Positions 1 to 10,002 of a stretch of 64,000 nucleotides of DNA are shown piece after piece. Location of the stretch: the NCBI GenBank assembly GCA_965261565.1, contig OZ253460.1, positions 187,951-251,950 on the forward strand, read 5' to 3'. Below the pieces are notes generated by a model, which made no database searches, was not told where the DNA came from, and saw only the letters and a list, made by a program, of their open reading frames with translations. This DNA is from Amylibacter sp. GTDB lineage: Bacteria; Pseudomonadota; Alphaproteobacteria; Rhodobacterales; Rhodobacteraceae. How positions within the stretch are numbered: position 1 is the stretch's first letter; every line of letters starts with the position of its first letter. Both the position numbers and the translations under genes were made by a program.

Positions 1-236
1 TCAATCTGGGTTGGCGCGGAATGTTGGGTCAAGGCTTTGCGGTTGGTGTCGGTGAAGTGAAATTTTCCGGAATGGTCACGCCCGAACGCAAAATGATCAC
101 CTATCAGGTTGATTTTACCCGCGTGATCGATCGCCGATTGAAAATGGGTGTTGCAGACGGTAAAATCTTCGCAGACGGCGAGCAGATTTACGCTGTAAAA
201 GATATGAAAGTAGGGTTAGCAGCAGCAGACAGCTAA
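1..236 (+). CDS. fabA: 3-hydroxydecanoyl-ACP dehydratase/isomerase FabA, C-terminal fragment (5' end outside window)
   Basis: Frame is open from the window edge. GVGEVKFSGMV...RRLKMGVADG...DMKVGL resembles the FabA C-terminus, and fabB follows. Confidence 0.85.
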   Translation, partial: NLGWRGMLGQGFAVGVGEVKFSGMVTPERKMITYQVDFTRVIDRRLKMGVADGKIFADGEQIYAVKDMKVGLAAADS

Positions 237-277
237 TCACCTTAGCCAAATAATTCAGTTTATGAAGGAGGCCAGAT

Positions 278-1504
278 ATGCGCCGCGTTGTCATCACGGG
301 TTTGGGGATAATCTCCTCAATCGGAAATAACCAAGAAGAAGTTCTTGCATCTTTGAAGAACAGTACATCGGGCATCAGCTTTGCCGACGATTACAAAGAG
401 CACGGATTTCGCAGCCAAGTGCACGGCATGCCAAAAATCAACCCGGCAGAACATATCGACAAACGCCAGATGCGCTTTATGGGTATGGGTGCGGCTTACA
501 ATTATCTAGCCATGGAACAGGCGATTGCAGACAGCGGACTGGAAGACAGCGATGTTTCAAATGAACGCACGGGTCTGGTCATGGGGTCAGGTGGCCCGTC
601 CACGATAAACCTGTTTCAGGCCCATAAGATCGTCATCGAAAAAGGGGCGCCAAAACGTATGGGGCCATTCATGGTGACGCGCGGCATGTCGTCCACCAAC
701 TCTGCATGTCTGGCTACGCCGTTCAAAATCAAGGGCGTAAATTATTCGATCACAAGCGCCTGCACCACATCTTTGCATTGCATCGGAAACGGCGTTGAGC
801 AAATTCAGTTCGGCAAACAAGATATTGTCTTTGCCGGCGGCGGCGAAGAGTTGGACTGGACTTTGTCCTGCCTGTTTGACGCAATGGGCGCGATGTCGTC
901 AAAGTACAATGACACACCCGAGAAAGCATCCCGCGCATTTGACGCAAACCGTGATGGCTTTGTCATTTCGGGCGGTGCGGGTGTTGTGGTTCTAGAAGAG
1001 CTTGATCACGCTTTGGCACGTGGTGCCAAGATTTACGCCGAAGTCACCGGTTATGGCGCCACATCCGATGGCCACGACATGGTCGCACCTTCAGGTGAAG
1101 GTGCCGAACGGTCTATGAAACTGGTGCTTGACACTCTTGGAGATCGTAAGGTTGACTACATCAATGCCCATGGCACATCCACACCGGCAGGTGACGTGAC
1201 AGAAGTTGAAGCAGTGCGCCGTGTATTTGGTGAGGGCAGCACACCACCCATTACATCAACTAAATCCCTGACAGGCCATTGTCTGGGCGGAGCTGGCGTA
1301 CACGAAGCAATTTATAGCCTGCTGATGTTGGAAAATGATTTCATCGCGCCATCCGCAAATATCGAAACTCTGGATCCTGCGATCAGACCCGGTGAGATTG
1401 CCACTGATTTTGTTGAGAATGCGGGGCTGGACACGGTTATTTCCAACAGCTTCGGCTTTGGCGGCACCAATGGTACGATTGCGATGAGTAAATATCATGG
1501 GTGA
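278..1504 (+). CDS. fabB: 3-oxoacyl-ACP synthase I
   Basis: 408 aa with a KAS fold. Active-site Cys is in [13 protein letters not shown] and the His residues in NAHGTSTP and [21 protein letters not shown] lies upstream, and the gene sits between fabA and fabI. Confidence 0.9.
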   Translation: MRRVVITGLGIISSIGNNQEEVLASLKNSTSGISFADDYKEHGFRSQVHGMPKINPAEHIDKRQMRFMGMGAAYNYLAMEQAIADSGLEDSDVSNERTGLVMGSGGPSTINLFQAHKIVIEKGAPKRMGPFMVTRGMSSTNSACLATPFKIKGVNYSITSACTTSLHCIGNGVEQIQFGKQDIVFAGGGEELDWTLSCLFDAMGAMSSKYNDTPEKASRAFDANRDGFVISGGAGVVVLEELDHALARGAKIYAEVTGYGATSDGHDMVAPSGEGAERSMKLVLDTLGDRKVDYINAHGTSTPAGDVTEVEAVRRVFGEGSTPPITSTKSLTGHCLGGAGVHEAIYSLLMLENDFIAPSANIETLDPAIRPGEIATDFVENAGLDTVISNSFGFGGTNGTIAMSKYHG

Positions 1505-2285
1505 TCTGATGCGCGGCAAACGCGGACTGGTCATGGGTGTGGCAAATGACAAATCAATCGCTTGGGGCATTGCACGTGAAATGGCTGCCCATGGGGCGGA
1601 ATTGGCATTCACTTATCAGGGCGAAGGTTTTGGTAAGCGAGTGAAACCGCTGGCAGAAAGCCTGGGGTCAAACATTGTCATTGAAGCGGATGTTTGTGAT
1701 GACGCATCACTTGATAATCTGTTTGCGTCTTTGGAAAAAGAGTGGGGTAGCATTGATTTTCTAATCCATGCCATTGCATTTTCTGACAAAAATGAGCTGA
1801 CTGGGCGTGTGGTCAATACCAGCCGCGAAAATTTCAAAAACACACTTGATATCTCTTGCTATTCCCTGATCGAGGTCGCGCGCCGCGCACATCCGTTGAT
1901 GAAAGATGGCGGCACCATTCTAACCCTGACCTATCAAGGCTCAAACCGCGTCACACCATTTTACAACGTTATGGGTATTGCAAAAGCCGCCCTAGAAAGT
2001 GCGGTAAGATATCTTGCAAATGATCTGGGCCCTGACGGTATTCGTGTGAATGCAATCAGCCCTGGCCCTATGCGGACATTGGCAGGGGCCGCGATTGGCG
2101 GCGCACGCAAGACATTCCGCACAACGGAAGCCAATTCACCAATGCGTGCCAATGCAACATTGGAATCTATTGGCGGTACGGCGGTGTACCTTGCTTCTGA
2201 CTATGGCGAGTGTACTACAGGTGAGATTATCTGCGTTGATGGCGGCTATCACGTACTTGGGATGGCCCAGACCGAAAATAGCTGA
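1497..2285 (+). CDS. fabI: enoyl-ACP reductase (NADH), FabI type
   Basis: 262 aa. N-terminal [13 protein letters not shown] and the Y/K motif [11 protein letters not shown] are present. The start overlaps the fabB stop. Confidence 0.9.
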   Translation: MGDLMRGKRGLVMGVANDKSIAWGIAREMAAHGAELAFTYQGEGFGKRVKPLAESLGSNIVIEADVCDDASLDNLFASLEKEWGSIDFLIHAIAFSDKNELTGRVVNTSRENFKNTLDISCYSLIEVARRAHPLMKDGGTILTLTYQGSNRVTPFYNVMGIAKAALESAVRYLANDLGPDGIRVNAISPGPMRTLAGAAIGGARKTFRTTEANSPMRANATLESIGGTAVYLASDYGECTTGEIICVDGGYHVLGMAQTENS

Positions 2286-2342
2286 TTTTCCAATTCCATT
2301 CAGATTTACCATGTGTAAGACTTTAATAAAGGAGTCTTACAC

Positions 2343-3032
2343 ATGACAATCACAACATGCATTTTTGATGCCTACGGCACGCTTTTTGACGTTGCCGCTG
2401 CCGCAAGACGCACAGCTTCTGAGCCAGGCCGCGAGGTTTTTGCCAAGGTTTGGGTAAAAGTGGCTACGGATTGGCGATTGAAACAACTGCAATACACATG
2501 GCTGCGTGCCATTATGGACGCGCATACGGATTTTTGGGAAGTCACACAAAACGGACTGGATTATGCGCTGGAAGCCAGCGGCCTGTCAGCAGACACCGAC
2601 TTACGAGAGCGCCTACTGGCACTTTACTGGGAACTGGAAGCCTACGAAGAAGTGCCGCAAATGCTAACGGCATTAAAAACTGCAGGATTGAACACCGCGA
2701 TTTTGTCCAACGGATCACCCGACATGCTGAATGGTGCCGTGAAATCCGCAGGGTTAACCACGGTTTTAGATGATGTCTTAAGCGTCGAAGACGTTGGCAT
2801 ATTCAAGCCGGACCCAAGCGTTTATCAAATGGTCTGCGAGCGATTTAATTGCACACCTGCTGAGGTTCTGTTTGTATCATCCAACGGATGGGATGCATCG
2901 GGGGCCACCAAGTTCGGCTTTCAAACCGTATGGGTAAACCGCGCGGGGGAACCGCAAGACCGCTTGCCTTGGGTGCCAAAAAACACATTGAATACGCTTC
3001 ACAACATACCAGACATAGCAAAGGCCATATAA
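2343..3032 (+). CDS. HAD-superfamily hydrolase, type II haloacid dehalogenase-like
   Basis: 229 aa with nucleophile motif FDAYGTLFDV and further HAD motifs SNG and SSNGWDASGA. Confidence 0.8.
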   Translation: MTITTCIFDAYGTLFDVAAAARRTASEPGREVFAKVWVKVATDWRLKQLQYTWLRAIMDAHTDFWEVTQNGLDYALEASGLSADTDLRERLLALYWELEAYEEVPQMLTALKTAGLNTAILSNGSPDMLNGAVKSAGLTTVLDDVLSVEDVGIFKPDPSVYQMVCERFNCTPAEVLFVSSNGWDASGATKFGFQTVWVNRAGEPQDRLPWVPKNTLNTLHNIPDIAKAI

Positions 3033-4015
3033 TGAGTAACTTTGAAATGGTTAATGCAGCTGCCAGACGGCTGGAAAATAAAGCCTTTAGAACACCACTT
3101 CTGTCATCGCCTTTCCTTGATGAGATCGCCGGTCGCCCGCTTTACGTAAAAGCGGAATGCCTGCAACGCACGGGATCGTTCAAATTTCGTGGCGCGTGGT
3201 CAGCCATTTCCGCTTTATCGGAAGAAGAGCGCGCACGTGGCGTGATCGCATTTTCATCTGGTAATCATGCACAGGGCATAGCGCTTGCAGCCAATTTGCA
3301 CGGCATTTCATCCGTGATCATCATGCCTGAAGATGCGCCGCTCGTGAAAATAGAAAACACCAAAGCATTGGGTGCTGAAGTTGTATTGTTCAATCGTGAA
3401 ACGGAAGATCGCGATACCGTCGCTGCCCGCGTGAACCACAACCGCCGTTTGTCTCTGGTAAAACCTTTCGACAATGCGCAAGTCATTGCAGGACAAGGTA
3501 CAATCGGCCTGGAAATCGCGGAGCAAGCCGCAGCGAAAGACATCACTGATGCCGATGTTCTGGTATGTTGCGGTGGTGGCGGACTAACTTCTGGCATTGC
3601 ACTTGCTTTAGAAAAGCAGTCCCCCGATTTCACCGTACGCACTTGCGAGCCCGAAGATTTTGACGATGTTGCACGTTCATTGAAATCAGGAAAAATTGAA
3701 ACCAATACCCGCCGTTCAGGCTCCTTATGCGATGCCATCATCACGCCGTCTCCGGGTGAACTGACATTTCCCATTCTTAAACGCCTGTGTGGGACCGGCT
3801 TGGTTGTCACCGAAAACGAATGCTTACATGCAATGGCTCTGGCCTTTGACCGTTTGAAAATCGTGGTCGAGCCAGGTGGCGCCGCCGCCCTTGCTGCCGC
3901 TTTGTTTCATCAAGATGAAATCCAAACAGGTGCAGTCATAGCCATAGCCACCGGCGGAAACGTGGATGTCTCGGTGTTTCAAATGGCCTTGGAAAGGTTT
4001 GGCGGAAAAGGCTAA
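3032..4015 (+). CDS. PLP-dependent threonine/serine dehydratase family protein
   Basis: PLP-lysine motif SFKFRGA and glycine loop CCGGGGLTSG. ATG 3032 overlaps the upstream stop (TAATG). The tracked start at 2888 would overlap the HAD gene by 145 nt. Confidence 0.8.
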   Translation: MSNFEMVNAAARRLENKAFRTPLLSSPFLDEIAGRPLYVKAECLQRTGSFKFRGAWSAISALSEEERARGVIAFSSGNHAQGIALAANLHGISSVIIMPEDAPLVKIENTKALGAEVVLFNRETEDRDTVAARVNHNRRLSLVKPFDNAQVIAGQGTIGLEIAEQAAAKDITDADVLVCCGGGGLTSGIALALEKQSPDFTVRTCEPEDFDDVARSLKSGKIETNTRRSGSLCDAIITPSPGELTFPILKRLCGTGLVVTENECLHAMALAFDRLKIVVEPGGAAALAAALFHQDEIQTGAVIAIATGGNVDVSVFQMALERFGGKG

Positions 4016-4085
4016 AGGCTACGTCTCTGTGATGCAAACCTATTTGGTCGTACAAACAAAGCCTTGTGCTATTTTAACGTATAAT

Positions 4086-4211
4086 CACCTTGGGAGGCCT
4101 AAGAGATTCCCACTACTGCGAAGAAGCCTAACCGACCTCGGCCCTATCTCTTCCCCTGAATATTACTAAACGGTGGAGGCAGCCTTCGGGAAGGCGGGCT
4201 TCTTCTTTTTT
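4086..4211 (+). repeat. Diverged solo copy of the tRNA-Trp-island junction (core-like 17-mer + arm-A-like sequence), ending in a short hairpin and T-run
   Basis: TTGGGAGGCCTAAGAGA (4090-4106) resembles the core TTGGCAGGGGCTGAGAGA. CCCACTACTGCGAAGAAG (4109-4126) is identical to 12916-12933. Positions 4140-4215 align with the reverse complement of 14671-14745 at about 70-75% by hand. Confidence 0.5.
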
Positions 4212-4421
4212 GATTGGTGCAATCGGCCTGATGATAGCTTGCAATACAAATGGCCAATGGCGGCTGTACAGGACAAAGCCTCTGTTCGTCGAAGCGTTCT
4301 AACTTTGAAAATTAATGATGACAGTATTTGGAAACGTACAACATAGACATACAAAAGGGTTTTACATAGTGTGTCAGGAATGGCACCCCGAATGCCTATG
4401 AAAACCGAAAGCAGGCGCCCA

Positions 4422-5354
4422 ATGGAACTTAAGTGGTTGGAAGATTTCCTAACGCTATGCTCAACAGGAAACTTTCGGCTTGCGGCAGAGCAACGTTGTG
4501 TTTCACAGCCCGCTTTCAGCCGCCGCATTCAAGCCCTTGAAGCCTGGGTCGAAGCCCCACTTATCGACCGCAGCCAACAGCCTTCGCAACTAACCGAAGC
4601 TGGGCGACTATTTCAGCCTGTAGCGCAGGAAATTGTTGATCTCGCCGAAGCTGGTAAAAAAGATATTGAAACGCAGGTTTTGGAAGGCAAAGAAAGAATG
4701 CGATTTTCTACGCTGGGTACTCTTGCGCAGGTATTTATCCCCGGCTGGTTAAAAACTCTTCAACCATTTATTGATGCCAACCAGTTTAGTGTCAAAACAG
4801 AATATGGCACAATCGCAGACTATGTTGCAGCACTCGCAGATAATTCTGTCGATCTATTTATCAGTTACGCTGTTCCCGAAGATAGAATACAGTTTGATAC
4901 AGCATTGTTTGCTTCGTTAAAGCTTGCCGAGGAAACCCTAGTTCCGGTGGCCAGCCCGAATGATGATGGAACGCCAAGATGGTGGTTGCCAGATAACCCC
5001 GCAGAACCAATACCCTGCCTTCACACCCTTTCCAATTCTTCTCCGTGGCCGATCAAAAATTATATGGAAGGCTTGTATAGTAACCTTACTTTCAAATCGG
5101 TTTATGAGTCGTCAATCAGTACAACTTTGAAGGCAATGGCAGTAGAAGGTTTTGGCTTGGCTTGGTTGCCACGCATGCTTGTTGCCAATGAACTGGCAAG
5201 TGGGCAGCTTGTTCGGGCAGCCAAGAAAGCAGATGATATTCGTGTTGAAATCCGAATTTACCGATGCACCAAGTATAATGAGCCACGGGTGGAAAAATTC
5301 TGGAAGGTCTTGCTACAGCAAGAGAAAACCTACCCACCTACCATTGAAACCTGA
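4422..5354 (+). CDS. LysR-family transcriptional regulator
   Basis: HTH GNFRLAAEQRCVSQPAFSRRIQALE followed by a LysR substrate-binding domain. Start placed at MELKWLEDF (M18 of the tracked ORF); upstream GTG 4371 or ATG 4398 remain possible. Confidence 0.85.
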   Translation: MELKWLEDFLTLCSTGNFRLAAEQRCVSQPAFSRRIQALEAWVEAPLIDRSQQPSQLTEAGRLFQPVAQEIVDLAEAGKKDIETQVLEGKERMRFSTLGTLAQVFIPGWLKTLQPFIDANQFSVKTEYGTIADYVAALADNSVDLFISYAVPEDRIQFDTALFASLKLAEETLVPVASPNDDGTPRWWLPDNPAEPIPCLHTLSNSSPWPIKNYMEGLYSNLTFKSVYESSISTTLKAMAVEGFGLAWLPRMLVANELASGQLVRAAKKADDIRVEIRIYRCTKYNEPRVEKFWKVLLQQEKTYPPTIET

Positions 5355-5391
5355 TCTATTACTGATAACGGTTAAGAATGACGTGACGCGA

Positions 5392-5412
5392 CTCATGCAA
5401 TTATTGCATGAG
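5392..5412. promoter_or_regulatory. Perfect 10-bp-arm palindrome CTCATGCAAT-T-ATTGCATGAG (contains T-N11-A), candidate LysR-type operator
   Basis: Read directly from the sequence. It lies between the LysR gene stop (5354) and the aapJ start (5494). Confidence 0.4.
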
Positions 5413-5493
5413 GTATGCTGATAAAAGCATTGGCGAATATACCACCCTGCTCGTAAGCTTCAACTCGAACAAACTGTTCAGGGAGAATAAATA

Positions 5494-6534
5494 ATGAAAT
5501 TAACTTCAATTTTAACGTCACTTACAGCTGCCGCTGTGATGGTGACAACAGGGGCGACTGTCGCTTCTGCTGAAAGCACACTCGACATCGTTAAAAAGCG
5601 CGGACACGTACGTTGCCAAGTTGGCCCGCCTTCACCTGGCTATTACAATCTGGATTCAGAAGGAAATTGGTATGGCCTTGATGTTTCCGTTTGTCAGGCA
5701 GTAGCTGCCGCAGTTTTCGGTGATAAGACAAAACTTGAAATTCAATCCGTCAGTTCACAAGCGCGTTTTACCGCACTTGCAAACGGCGAAAGCGATCTGC
5801 TGTCTCGGACTGCTACTTGGACAATGACACGTGACACCCAACTTGGGATCGATTTTCTGTCACCAAATTTTTATGACGGCCAAGGGTTTACCGTACGCAA
5901 AGACAGCGGCATTACCAGTGCAATGGAACTGAAGGGTGCTAAAGTCTGTGTGACCACAGGTACAACAACGGAACTGAACCTGACCGATTTTAGCCGTCAG
6001 AACGATCTGGGCATCAGCAACGTAACATTCGAAGACTTCAACGTGCGTGATGACACTTATCTGAACAGTGGTTGTGATGCGGTAACGGGTGATAAATCAT
6101 CTATGGCCGGCAATATTTCATCATTCCCTGTGCCAGGCGATCATATGATCCTGCCTGAAACACTGTCAAAAGAGCCTTTGGCATCAGCTGTGCGTCATGG
6201 TGATAACCAATGGGCTGACATCGTACGCTGGAGTGTTTTCGCTTTGATTAATGCAGAAGAGCTGGGTATCACCCAAGCCAATGTTGACGACATGAAGGCT
6301 AGCTCAAAAGACCCTAACGTGCTGCGTATGCTTGGTGCTGAAGGTAATTTGCATGATGGTTTGGGTCTGGACGCAAACTGGGCCTATAACATCATCAAAG
6401 CTGTTGGCAACTACGGCGAGATTTACGAAGCCTATATGGGTCACGGCCCACAAGGTATCGGCATTGACCGCGCTGGTTCGTTGAATGCGCTTTGGACCGA
6501 TGGTGGCCTGATGTATTCCCCGCCAATGCGTTAA
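5494..6534 (+). CDS. aapJ: amino-acid ABC transporter substrate-binding protein (AapJ/BztA-like)
   Basis: 346 aa with signal peptide MKLTSILTSLTAAAVMVTTGATVASA and a family-3 SBP fold. GGGAGA RBS upstream. Two permeases and an ATPase follow. Confidence 0.85.
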   Translation: MKLTSILTSLTAAAVMVTTGATVASAESTLDIVKKRGHVRCQVGPPSPGYYNLDSEGNWYGLDVSVCQAVAAAVFGDKTKLEIQSVSSQARFTALANGESDLLSRTATWTMTRDTQLGIDFLSPNFYDGQGFTVRKDSGITSAMELKGAKVCVTTGTTTELNLTDFSRQNDLGISNVTFEDFNVRDDTYLNSGCDAVTGDKSSMAGNISSFPVPGDHMILPETLSKEPLASAVRHGDNQWADIVRWSVFALINAEELGITQANVDDMKASSKDPNVLRMLGAEGNLHDGLGLDANWAYNIIKAVGNYGEIYEAYMGHGPQGIGIDRAGSLNALWTDGGLMYSPPMR

Positions 6535-6547
6535 ATAAATAATCTGT

Positions 6548-6581
6548 GGTGCCGGACCTTAGGGTTCGGCACCATTGTTTT
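6548..6581 (+). terminator. Intra-operon hairpin + T-rich tail after aapJ (attenuator/terminator)
   Basis: GGTGCCGGACC-TTAG-GGTTCGGCACC followed by ATTGTTTT. Confidence 0.5.
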
Positions 6582-6628
6582 AAGCTGGCACTCAGGTTTG
6601 GCAGAAACAGCAACAACGGGGTATTGAT

Positions 6629-7846
6629 GTGACGGATAAAACCCACCGAAAGGCCGAAGTACGTGTGCGGCCGAAAGAAGAATTCAATTTTTTTCAAGAT
6701 CAAAGGGTGCGCTCTGCGTTCTACCAGATTTTAACCGCAGGCCTTGTGGGCTGGATGGTCTGGTATCTGATCACGAACACTGCCCATAACCTTGAAGTAC
6801 GCGGTATGAACACCGGCTTTAGCTTTATCAATGCAAGCGCCGGTTTTGACACTGATTTCAAATTGATCGAGTATAAACCCGGTGTTGGTACTTATGGCGA
6901 TATTTTCATCATCGGCGCACTTAACACACTGTTAATCTCGTTTTTATCGATCATTTTTAGCACCGTATTTGGCTTCATCATCGGCGTTTTGCGGCTGTCC
7001 TCAAACTGGCTGGTTTCCAAGGTGGCGTTAGCTTATGTTGAGATTTTTCGCAATATCCCACTGCTGATCCAAATTGTATTCTGGTATATAGGTGTTTTCA
7101 GCTTGCTGCCCGTGGTTAAGAAATCCCTTGATCTGTCTTTTGGGGCAGAGCGGGTGATCTTGAATAACCGCGGTCTTTACTTTTCCACACCAATCCCCGG
7201 TGATCTGTTCTGGATGACCCTTACTGCATTGGCTGTGGCTGTTATCGGCGCCGTTATATACCGCCACCGCGCCCGTAAGCGCCAAGATGCGTCTGGTGTA
7301 CAAACCAACACTTTGATCCCGTCTCTTGCTGCAATTATTTTCCTGCCTCTGGCAGTATTTTTCGCCACTGGTATGCCACTGGAATGGGATGTACCTGTTC
7401 TTGATGGTTTTAACTTCGTTGGTGGCACCAGTGTGCCCCCTGCCTTTCTTGCACTGCTTGTGGCCCTTAGCATCTATCACGCCGCTCATATCGCAGAATC
7501 AGTACGGGCTGGTATCCTGTCAGTCAATCGCGGACAAAGTGATGCGGCAATGGCCATTGGCCTGAAGCCGGGCAAGGTTATGGGGCTGGTTATCATCCCC
7601 CAAGCCATGCCCGCGATTGTACCGCCTTTGATCAGTAACTGGATGAACACGGTGAAAAACTCATCCCTAGCGATTGCCATCGGCTATTCCGACATCGTGT
7701 CACTGTTTATGCAAACCGCGCTGAACCAAGCAGGTTATGCGGTGGAAATGGTCGGCATGACCATGGCGTTCTACATGTTCATCAGCCTGACAATTTCGTT
7801 CTTCCTGAACATCTACAATAAACGTGTACAACTGGTGGAGCGGTAA
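6629..7846 (+). CDS. aapQ: amino-acid ABC transporter permease (AapQ/BztB-like)
   Basis: 405 aa, multi-pass. It has the HisMQ-type permease signature region AESVRAGILSVNRGQ. GTG start. Confidence 0.85.
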   Translation: MTDKTHRKAEVRVRPKEEFNFFQDQRVRSAFYQILTAGLVGWMVWYLITNTAHNLEVRGMNTGFSFINASAGFDTDFKLIEYKPGVGTYGDIFIIGALNTLLISFLSIIFSTVFGFIIGVLRLSSNWLVSKVALAYVEIFRNIPLLIQIVFWYIGVFSLLPVVKKSLDLSFGAERVILNNRGLYFSTPIPGDLFWMTLTALAVAVIGAVIYRHRARKRQDASGVQTNTLIPSLAAIIFLPLAVFFATGMPLEWDVPVLDGFNFVGGTSVPPAFLALLVALSIYHAAHIAESVRAGILSVNRGQSDAAMAIGLKPGKVMGLVIIPQAMPAIVPPLISNWMNTVKNSSLAIAIGYSDIVSLFMQTALNQAGYAVEMVGMTMAFYMFISLTISFFLNIYNKRVQLVER

Positions 7847-7847
7847 A

Positions 7848-9176
7848 ATGGCGATTATCAAAACAACAAAAACCCCCGCACGCCCAGCACCAATATCGGA
7901 AACATCTGTATTGGGCTGGTTGCAGAAAAATCTGTTCAGTTCAGCCTTTAATACGGTGCTGACAGTCTTCACCACCTATGTCATTTATCTGACCGTCAAC
8001 AGCGTTTACGTCTGGGGATTTGCTGACGCGACATTCGTCGCCGAGACCCGGCGCGAATGTTATGGCAATAGCCTGACAGGTGCTTGCTGGGCCGGCGTTA
8101 TCGACTGGCTAGATAACATTTTCTACGGCCGTTACCCGCGCGAAGAACTATGGCGGATCAACTTTGGCGGCATCTTATTGGCTTTTTGGATGGCGCCGCT
8201 TTGGATAGCACGTGCTAAAGGTAAAGTCCTTGTCGGTGCGAGCGTGGTGGTATTCTACCCGTTCCTTGCTGGCTACCTCTTCTCAGGCGGCGACAAGGGC
8301 TTGTTCATGCAGGTTATGGTTTCGGGTGCAATCGTTGCATTCGTAATCAACATGGCAAATGTTATTGCAGGCCTGTTAAAACAACAAAGCATTGCACAGT
8401 TTGTTATCGGCAGTCTTGGGCAAACCAATGCATCAGACAAAACCCAACGCAATCTTCTGATCGCACTTGTGGCCGTCGGTTTTGCTGCCGCCTATCTGTG
8501 GCAGTCAAGCTGGATTGTAGAGTTTGTGACCTGGACGAAATGGGGCGGATTGTTCCTGACCCTGGTGATCTCGGGCATCGGCATTGCCTCGGCCCTGCCA
8601 GGGGGCATTATTCTGGCACTGGGGCGGCGTTCTAAACTGCCGGTACTGCGGGTGCTTTCCACCGGTTTTATCGAAATATTCCGTTCTGTTCCGCTAATCA
8701 CCGTGCTGTTCATGGCAACAACCATGTTCCCGCTATTTATGCCTGAAGGTTTCGTACTGAATAAACTGGTGCAGGTGATCATCGCCGTGGTGCTGTTCAA
8801 CGCCTGTTATATGGCCGAAACAGTCCGCGCTGGCCTGCAAGCTATCCCGAAGGGTCAGTTTGAAGGGGCGCACACCATCGGCCTTGGTTATTGGGGTACG
8901 ATGGGGCTGATCATTATGCCGCAAGCCCTAAAACACATGATCCCCAATATCGTGGGCAGTTTCATCGGTTTGCTGAAAGATACCACGCTGGTGTCAATTA
9001 TCGGTCTGTTTGATATTCTGGGAATGCTCCGTTCAATCAGTAAAGACATACCTTGGCTTGGGCTGCACAAGGAACCGTTGATCTTTGGCGCGATCCTATT
9101 CTTTATCATCTGCTTCGCAATGTCCAAATACAGCCGGCATCTTGAAGTAAAACTATCAGCTGGCAACAATCATTGA
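7848..9176 (+). CDS. aapM: amino-acid ABC transporter permease (AapM/BztC-like)
   Basis: Multi-pass with AETVRAGLQAIPKGQ. ATG 7848 (MAIIKTTK) is the first base after the aapQ stop codon (7844-7846). The tracked start 7824 lies inside aapQ. Confidence 0.85.
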   Translation: MAIIKTTKTPARPAPISETSVLGWLQKNLFSSAFNTVLTVFTTYVIYLTVNSVYVWGFADATFVAETRRECYGNSLTGACWAGVIDWLDNIFYGRYPREELWRINFGGILLAFWMAPLWIARAKGKVLVGASVVVFYPFLAGYLFSGGDKGLFMQVMVSGAIVAFVINMANVIAGLLKQQSIAQFVIGSLGQTNASDKTQRNLLIALVAVGFAAAYLWQSSWIVEFVTWTKWGGLFLTLVISGIGIASALPGGIILALGRRSKLPVLRVLSTGFIEIFRSVPLITVLFMATTMFPLFMPEGFVLNKLVQVIIAVVLFNACYMAETVRAGLQAIPKGQFEGAHTIGLGYWGTMGLIIMPQALKHMIPNIVGSFIGLLKDTTLVSIIGLFDILGMLRSISKDIPWLGLHKEPLIFGAILFFIICFAMSKYSRHLEVKLSAGNNH

Positions 9177-9200
9177 CTTGGCACTTGAGGGAGAAAAACT

Positions 9201-9977
9201 ATGAGTAATGCACAAACACAGGGTCAGTTAGCTTCCGCAATTTCAAGCGAAGTGATGATCGAAGTGAACGAGATGAACAAATGGTACGGCTCGTTCCATG
9301 TGCTCAAAGATATCAACCTGACAGTGCACAAAGGCGAACGGCTTGTGGTTTGCGGGCCTTCTGGTTCTGGCAAATCCACCCTGATCCGCTGCATCAATGC
9401 GTTGGAAGAACACCAAGAAGGCGACATTATTGTTGACGGCATCAAGCTGGGTAAGAATCTAAAAAATCTGGATCATATCCGCACCGAAGTCGGTATGGTG
9501 TTTCAGAACTTCAACCTGTTCCCGCACCTGACCATTCTGGAAAATCTGACCCTTGGCCCGATTTGGGTACGCAAGATGGCCAAGGCTGAAGCGATTGAGA
9601 CCGCAATGATGTATCTTGAACGGGTCAAAATACCTGAGCAGGCCGATAAATACCCCGGCCAGATGTCCGGTGGTCAGCAACAGCGTGTGGCGATCGCGCG
9701 TTCACTTTGCATGAGCCCGAAGATTATGCTGTTTGACGAACCCACATCGGCGCTTGACCCTGAAATGATCAAAGAGGTTTTGGACACCATGGTCGATTTG
9801 GCGGAAACAGGTATGACCATGATCGTGGTGACACATGAAATGGGCTTTGCCAAAACTATCGCCGATGAGGTGATATTCATGGATGAAGGCGATATTGTCG
9901 AGCGCAATAAACCCGAAGAATTCTTTGGCAATCCAGAGCATGAGCGCACACAAAAATTCCTGAGCCAAATTTTATGA
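9201..9977 (+). CDS. aapP: amino-acid ABC transporter ATP-binding protein (AapP/BztD-like)
   Basis: Walker [10 protein letters not shown], signature MSGGQQQRV, Walker [22 protein letters not shown] upstream. Confidence 0.92.
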   Translation: MSNAQTQGQLASAISSEVMIEVNEMNKWYGSFHVLKDINLTVHKGERLVVCGPSGSGKSTLIRCINALEEHQEGDIIVDGIKLGKNLKNLDHIRTEVGMVFQNFNLFPHLTILENLTLGPIWVRKMAKAEAIETAMMYLERVKIPEQADKYPGQMSGGQQQRVAIARSLCMSPKIMLFDEPTSALDPEMIKEVLDTMVDLAETGMTMIVVTHEMGFAKTIADEVIFMDEGDIVERNKPEEFFGNPEHERTQKFLSQIL

Positions 9978-10002
9978 TCACAGTTTAACCCAGAGAAATA
10001 TT

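Noticed and set aside
4020-4211. Possible tmRNA or other structured RNA gene, because of the tRNA-3'-end-like sequence and terminal hairpin/T-run
   Set aside because: I could find no tRNA-like acceptor/T-arm pairing, no plausible tag reading frame ending in ...AA, and no SRP or 6S-like consensus on either strand. It is better explained as a relative of the cassette junction plus a terminator.
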